The notes under the pieces: model-generated
Seen by the model: the letters and a program-made list of their open reading frames with translations, nothing else
Told to the model about the DNA's origin: nothing
Database searches by the model: none
Shown here: positions 61,811 to 64,000 of the stretch, piece by piece
How positions within the stretch are numbered: position 1 is the first letter of the stretch
How the letters are laid out: every line of letters starts with the position of its first letter
Program-made: the position numbers and the translations under genes
DNA from: a virus
Direction: 5' to 3' (one strand)
Length of the DNA stretch: 64,000 nucleotides
IMG/VR virus record: IMGVR_UViG_3300031754_000001
Coordinates: 32,001 to 96,000 of that record

Positions 61811-61983
61811 CAGTTTTCTCCTGGTCTCGGTCTGGGATCTTTGGTATACGCTGTCCTATGCAGTCTACAAGACGCATGAACCAAGCTATCTATTCCTGCG
61901 GGTCACAGCAAGGCTGGCCTTCCGGCACTGCGAGCACGGATTGCGGTCCGGCGCATTCGGCCGGAAAGGCCAGGTGCTCACGG

Positions 61984-62532
61984 TTACATCGCCACGACCG
62001 GCTTGACAGCCCCGCGGAAAGCCGGGTCGTTCTCCGCGGCCTCGGCCAGCAGCTCGCGCATCGGCCCGGACACCGCCGCGCTAGACCCGCCGCCGGCCCC
62101 GCGGTGCCGGGCCACGGTAAGCCGCCGGATCACCGCGTCGTGAGTGGGCAGCGACCAGACCGTGTACTGCGGGTACTCGGTGATCACCTCCGCCGGGATA
62201 CGGCGCCGGGATTCCTCCAGCGTCATGGGCGGGCACTGCTCGCGGCCGGGCCGGGACGGCAGGACCCCGCAGTAGACCGTCTTCTCCGGCAGCTCATCCC
62301 GCGAGGTCCGGACCGGCTTGCGGACATGGGCAGCCCCGCCGGGCGCGTGCCACACCGTGCTGATGCTGGCCTGGACGAAGATGTACGTGCCGTCCGCCTT
62401 GCGGTAGAGGCTGGCGTCCATCCACCGGGCACGCTGCCGGTCTTTCGGGTCCAGCCTGGTGCTGACCGGCCCGGCGATGCGCTCTCCCTCGAACTCGTAC
62501 ACCACGGATTCGTCTTCGATGCGCACCTTCAT
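61984..62532 (-). CDS. Hypothetical protein
   Basis: FEGE.I...S, RW....LYR..DG.Y, LL.EAA.NDP motifs; RBS AGGAG. Confidence 0.7.
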   Translation of the reverse strand: MKVRIEDESVVYEFEGERIAGPVSTRLDPKDRQRARWMDASLYRKADGTYIFVQASISTVWHAPGGAAHVRKPVRTSRDELPEKTVYCGVLPSRPGREQCPPMTLEESRRRIPAEVITEYPQYTVWSLPTHDAVIRRLTVARHRGAGGGSSAAVSGPMRELLAEAAENDPAFRGAVKPVVAM

Positions 62533-62637
62533 GTCGTCGTTCTCCGTCTCTCCTGATCGTCGGCCTGCATCTGACAGCGTACCGGCGGCCGGGTTATCCT
62601 GGCAGGGCAGCACACGACCGACGATCAGGAGACCACG

Positions 62638-63018
62638 ATGAACGCGCACCCCGGCGGCATGCCCGTACCCCCGCAGCAGGCGCAGGAGCCAGCCCGGCTG
62701 GCGGTGACGCCCGTGCCCGGCAGCCTGCTGGATGACCTGCTCGGCCAGGAAGACGCCGCCGAGGCCGCCGCGCGGGAAGCCGCCGACCGGCTCCGGTCGC
62801 TGCGGGACCGGATCAAGGCCGAGCTGACCCAGGCCCATCCCGGCGTCGCGAAATTCGACATCGCGGGCACCCCGCACCGGCCGGCGAAAAGCATGACCTG
62901 GGTGGATACCGTCCGCCTGGACACCCGGGCGATGAAGGAGCGGGAGCCGGAAACCTACGTCCGGTACGCTGTCTTCGGCGGGCGGTGGGAACTGCGCACG
63001 GCCCGGGGCGGACTGTGA
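62638..63018 (+). CDS. Hypothetical protein resembling the C-terminus of YqaJ-like proteins
   Basis: RLDT.AMK...PE.Y..Y motif; RBS AGGAG. Confidence 0.65.
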   Translation: MNAHPGGMPVPPQQAQEPARLAVTPVPGSLLDDLLGQEDAAEAAAREAADRLRSLRDRIKAELTQAHPGVAKFDIAGTPHRPAKSMTWVDTVRLDTRAMKEREPETYVRYAVFGGRWELRTARGGL

Positions 63019-63206
63019 TGAGCGCCCGCCGGGGCGGCATTCCCGGTCGCCGCTGGTCTGACCCGGAACCCTGCGGCACGCCCGCGGCTTACCGGCGGCA
63101 CCTCCGGCACGGCGAGAATACCTGCCGGTCCTGCCGCCAGGCCGAGCAGCGCCGCCAGGCCGGACGGCCGAGGCCGCGGCGCCGGGCGCAGGAGCTGGCC
63201 GCGTGA
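63018..63206 (+). CDS. Small zinc-finger protein
   Basis: PCGTPAAYRRH.R.GE..C..C. Confidence 0.65.
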   Translation: MSARRGGIPGRRWSDPEPCGTPAAYRRHLRHGENTCRSCRQAEQRRQAGRPRPRRRAQELAA

Positions 63207-63430
63207 ACCGGGAACTGATGCCCTGCGGGACGCCGGGGGCGTACCGGCGGCACCAGCGCCGCCACGAGAAGATCTGCCGGGCGTGCAAGGACTGGTACAA
63301 CGCGAGCCGGCCGCGGACCCGGAAGGACGGAACCGGCCACTTGGTCCTGCTTCCCGGCGTCATCGAGCCCGCCGGGCTGTGCGACTGCCCGCTGAACGAG
63401 GCGCACTGGGCCGGCCAGGAGGCGTCATGA
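63203..63430 (+). CDS. Small zinc-finger protein (paralog of previous gene)
   Basis: PCGTPGAYRRH.R..E..C..C. Confidence 0.65.
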   Translation: MNRELMPCGTPGAYRRHQRRHEKICRACKDWYNASRPRTRKDGTGHLVLLPGVIEPAGLCDCPLNEAHWAGQEAS

Positions 63431-63615
63431 TCCCCGGCTGGCTGGGCTGGGGAATCGCCCTGTTTGCCGCGGGCCTCACTGCCGCCTGCCTGCTCCTGCC
63501 CCCGCTCCTGCGCCGCCATCCGGTCCTGGCGTGGCCGGAGGACTGGCGGGTGGCATGGCGGCTGCGGCGGGGCCGCCGGGGAATGTCAGACCCCGGTGAT
63601 AGGCATGAGTCATGA
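63427..63615 (+). CDS. Small membrane protein
   Basis: One TM helix; ATGA overlaps. Confidence 0.5.
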   Translation: MIPGWLGWGIALFAAGLTAACLLLPPLLRRHPVLAWPEDWRVAWRLRRGRRGMSDPGDRHES

Positions 63616-64000
63616 CGACTCCCCAGACCATGACCGCGGCTGCTTTCATGGGCACCGTGCCGGCGATGTCCGGCGGCAATACCCCGTTCGCCGCCCGGTA
63701 CGCCCGCGAGCTGCGCGACGTGATCCTCCGCCAGGCAAGCCGCCAGCCCCGGAACCTGCAAGTGCACCTCGGCCCATCCGAAATCGGGTCCGAATGCGAT
63801 CGCCAGGTGGTCGGCAAGTTCGCCGGCGAGCCGCACACCAACCACGTTGGTGACCCGTGGGCCTCGATCGTGGGGACCGCAGTGCACGCCTGGCTGGCTG
63901 AGAAGTTCGGCCTGGAGAACAGCCTGAACGGGTACCTTCGCTGGATTACCGAACGGCAAGTCGCCCCGCACCCGGCTTACCCTGGGCACGCTGACCTGTA
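63612..64000 (+). CDS. Cas4-like PD-(D/E)XK exonuclease, partial
   Basis: Manual translation: LGPSEIG.ECDRQ, W...VGTAVH.WL, TER.V, GHADL. Confidence 0.8.
   Translation, partial: MTTPQTMTAAAFMGTVPAMSGGNTPFAARYARELRDVILRQASRQPRNLQVHLGPSEIGSECDRQVVGKFAGEPHTNHVGDPWASIVGTAVHAWLAEKFGLENSLNGYLRWITERQVAPHPAYPGHADL

Overview
About 70% GC fragment of a large actinobacterial siphovirus or prophage; no capsid, portal, terminase or integrase gene was seen. 1-7.8 kb (minus strand): an RNA island with 39 tRNA genes covering all 20 amino acids, preceded by a probable leader-peptide attenuator. It is interspersed with unexplained structured RNAs and a circularly permuted tRNA-like element, and ends in four tandem Y-RNA-like genes and the 5' end of a Ro60/TROVE gene. 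8.5-43.7 kb (plus strand): tail morphogenesis and lysis genes (fibre-like proteins, head-tail adaptor, tail terminator, tail tube, chaperones, 1967-aa tape measure, wall hydrolases), plus a methyltransferase, a glycosyltransferase, a phosphoesterase, an intein-interrupted papain-like protease and HNH endonucleases. 43.9-62.5 kb (minus strand): accessory genes (vWA and membrane cluster, DUF932-like, XRE-Lsr2-alphaCTD fusion, Lsr2-like). The right end has a partial Cas4-like exonuclease. Strongest signal: the eight in-frame TTA codons found by eye nearly all sit at a frame discontinuity or apparent C-terminus, often with a matching landing codon just downstream, suggesting systematic UUA-triggered bypassing or pseudo-termination. 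All calls are by-eye pattern recognition; no searches were run.
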